From: Leucoraja ocellata
Taxonomy: Eukaryota
DNA length: 64,000 bases
Assembly: GCA_036785375.1 (NCBI GenBank)
Contig: JAWMAR010000102.1
Location: forward strand, 4,030,001 to 4,094,000
Direction: 5' to 3'
Made by a program: the position numbers and the translations under genes. Position 1 is the first letter of the stretch; the number at the start of each line of letters is the position of its first letter. Of the stretch, positions 62,383 through 64,000 are shown one piece after another. The notes beneath the pieces are model-generated. The model did not search any database. It was not told the origin of the DNA and was given only the letters and a program-made list of their open reading frames with translations.

Positions 62383-64000
62383 TATTTGGATGATGTTTAA
62401 TTTTAAAGAATTTCATGTTTTCTCCAGCCTGTATTGTCAGCGGGCAGTTGTCTGTGCTCAGTTGATCATGGACACTGGGTAGCTTGCTGTGTTTTTTTTT
62501 TATATAGCCATTTCAGTGTTTTAAACAATCCTTACTATGCCTTCAACAACATGCACAAATTTTAAACCATGATCTGTAATGTTTATAGAAAATTTAGTCT
62601 GGTCAAAGCGTTGTTGAGAAAGAAGCCATACTCAATATTACTTTGTGCATATTGTACCTCACACTATCACAGCTTGTGACCTACATGACTGACAGCAAGG
62701 ATCAATGCAATCTACTGCTTGTACACCCAGCACTTAAGATTGATCAGATTTTCTTCCAGAAGATAATTTACAAATGTGTGTGTGTGTGGGTCGTACATGC
62801 AGAAGTTATTTATTGTACAGATTTGTATGTCATTTTGTTTTTCCAATCGATTCTCAAAACTGCCTATTTTAGTATGAGTTGGACAGCTTTTAATATTGCC
62901 TAAAGTAGTAATGTGGTCAGTAAATTGTAGTGAAACTTGTAGATAATGCAGCGGATCACTGTCAAAGCCAAACAAATGGCATAATGCATTACTTAACATG
63001 GAGTTCAATGGGAAAAGTGTTAGAGAAAATCGTGAGATGGAAGGTTTTATAGGAATGCAACCCCACTGAAATGTAACAGACTGCCTGTACTGAAATCTTG
63101 TAAGTAAAGATTTGATTTTTGTCTTGCAATGCATCAACAGTAAGATTCATTGCTTCAGTCCTGGCACAGGAACATTAACATTTAGACTTTAGATTAGAGC
63201 CCACAGGGAAAAAATAAGATGAGCACATCTTTCTTTGGAGTGGTAACAACCGTGGTTTTGAATTCTCCTGGAATTAGCAGGAGTATTGCAGAAGCCACTC
63301 GATTTTTATGCAAGTAATTTTTGAAACGGTAACTGGTCTGCCTGGACAACTATGAATCTACACCCAGACTAATCAGTATAAAGCACAGTGTGGATTTGAA
63401 CTGGCAGGACCAGTCCATAAGTGCACTTCCTGCCAGCAACTGAGTGATTGGCAGCAGCATATCAGGGAAACACTTCGCCCTGAGCAGTCTCCCGCGTAAA
63501 GGGAGAAACAGTAAAGAGATAAGGTAGCGGGAACAGTTAATGAAGGAGGGATTAATCAGGATCGTATCGTGTGTCTCTTTGACAAGATGATGCCACAGTG
63601 CGTTTGTGAACATTGGTTAGGTTCAACGTGGGAAACGGAGCCTTCCTAAAGTAACCAAAGTGCTGTGGATTTAGCACAAGCAAAGCTAAGAAGGGGAGAG
63701 CAGCGAATGTATGCAGGTTGTACTCGGGGGCTTTTATTTTGAGCATGGAAAACAAAGGCGAGGGTGGGTTTTGTGGTTCTGTATTGATATATGAATTGGT
63801 GACTGAACATTCATTATAAGTGGCACTTCCAGCCTGAAGCTGAATCTAGGCACGAGCCAACTGCTCATAGCTCTTGGGTGGAATTTGACAAATCATTTCT
63901 TGTCTTTTTGTTCTGTTCAAATAAATGTCACCTTTATGATGGGTGTACCTATTTTTTTTTTTCTTAGATCTCCCTCTCCAGAATGAATGAATCCTGACAT

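Noticed and set aside
62400-64000. Convergent neighbouring gene at the window end
   Set aside because: The minus-strand ORFs show no recognisable protein; the region is compatible with 3' UTR or intergenic DNA.

Overview
This is eukaryotic, AT-rich, repeat-dense vertebrate DNA. The repeat families (HE1/V-SINE-like tRNA SINEs, CR1, Rex1/Babar, Penelope-like tails) suggest a cartilaginous fish, probably a skate or ray; that assignment is inference. Almost the whole window is one + strand gene, GIT2 (ARF GTPase-activating protein GIT2). Coding exons 2-20 were located by hand with GT-AG boundaries and consistent phases (2213 coding nt, stop ending at 61485). Exon 1 was not found and presumably lies upstream of the window. 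Most ORFs in the supplied track are noise or TE remnants. The most notable unexplained signals are: (1) a candidate 12-nt in-frame microexon about 110 nt downstream of a perfect 74-bp inverted repeat; (2) an extra 138-nt in-frame exon inside the paxillin-binding domain; (3) many Penelope-derived short elements carrying minimal hammerhead-ribozyme-like cores, often as palindromes and once as a tandem triplet; (4) a twin-primed, 5'-inverted L1-like insertion with its TSD; (5) a TE insertion that appears to duplicate a splice donor. I see no CRISPR, rRNA, true tRNA or prokaryote-type system. Repeat boundaries are approximate.
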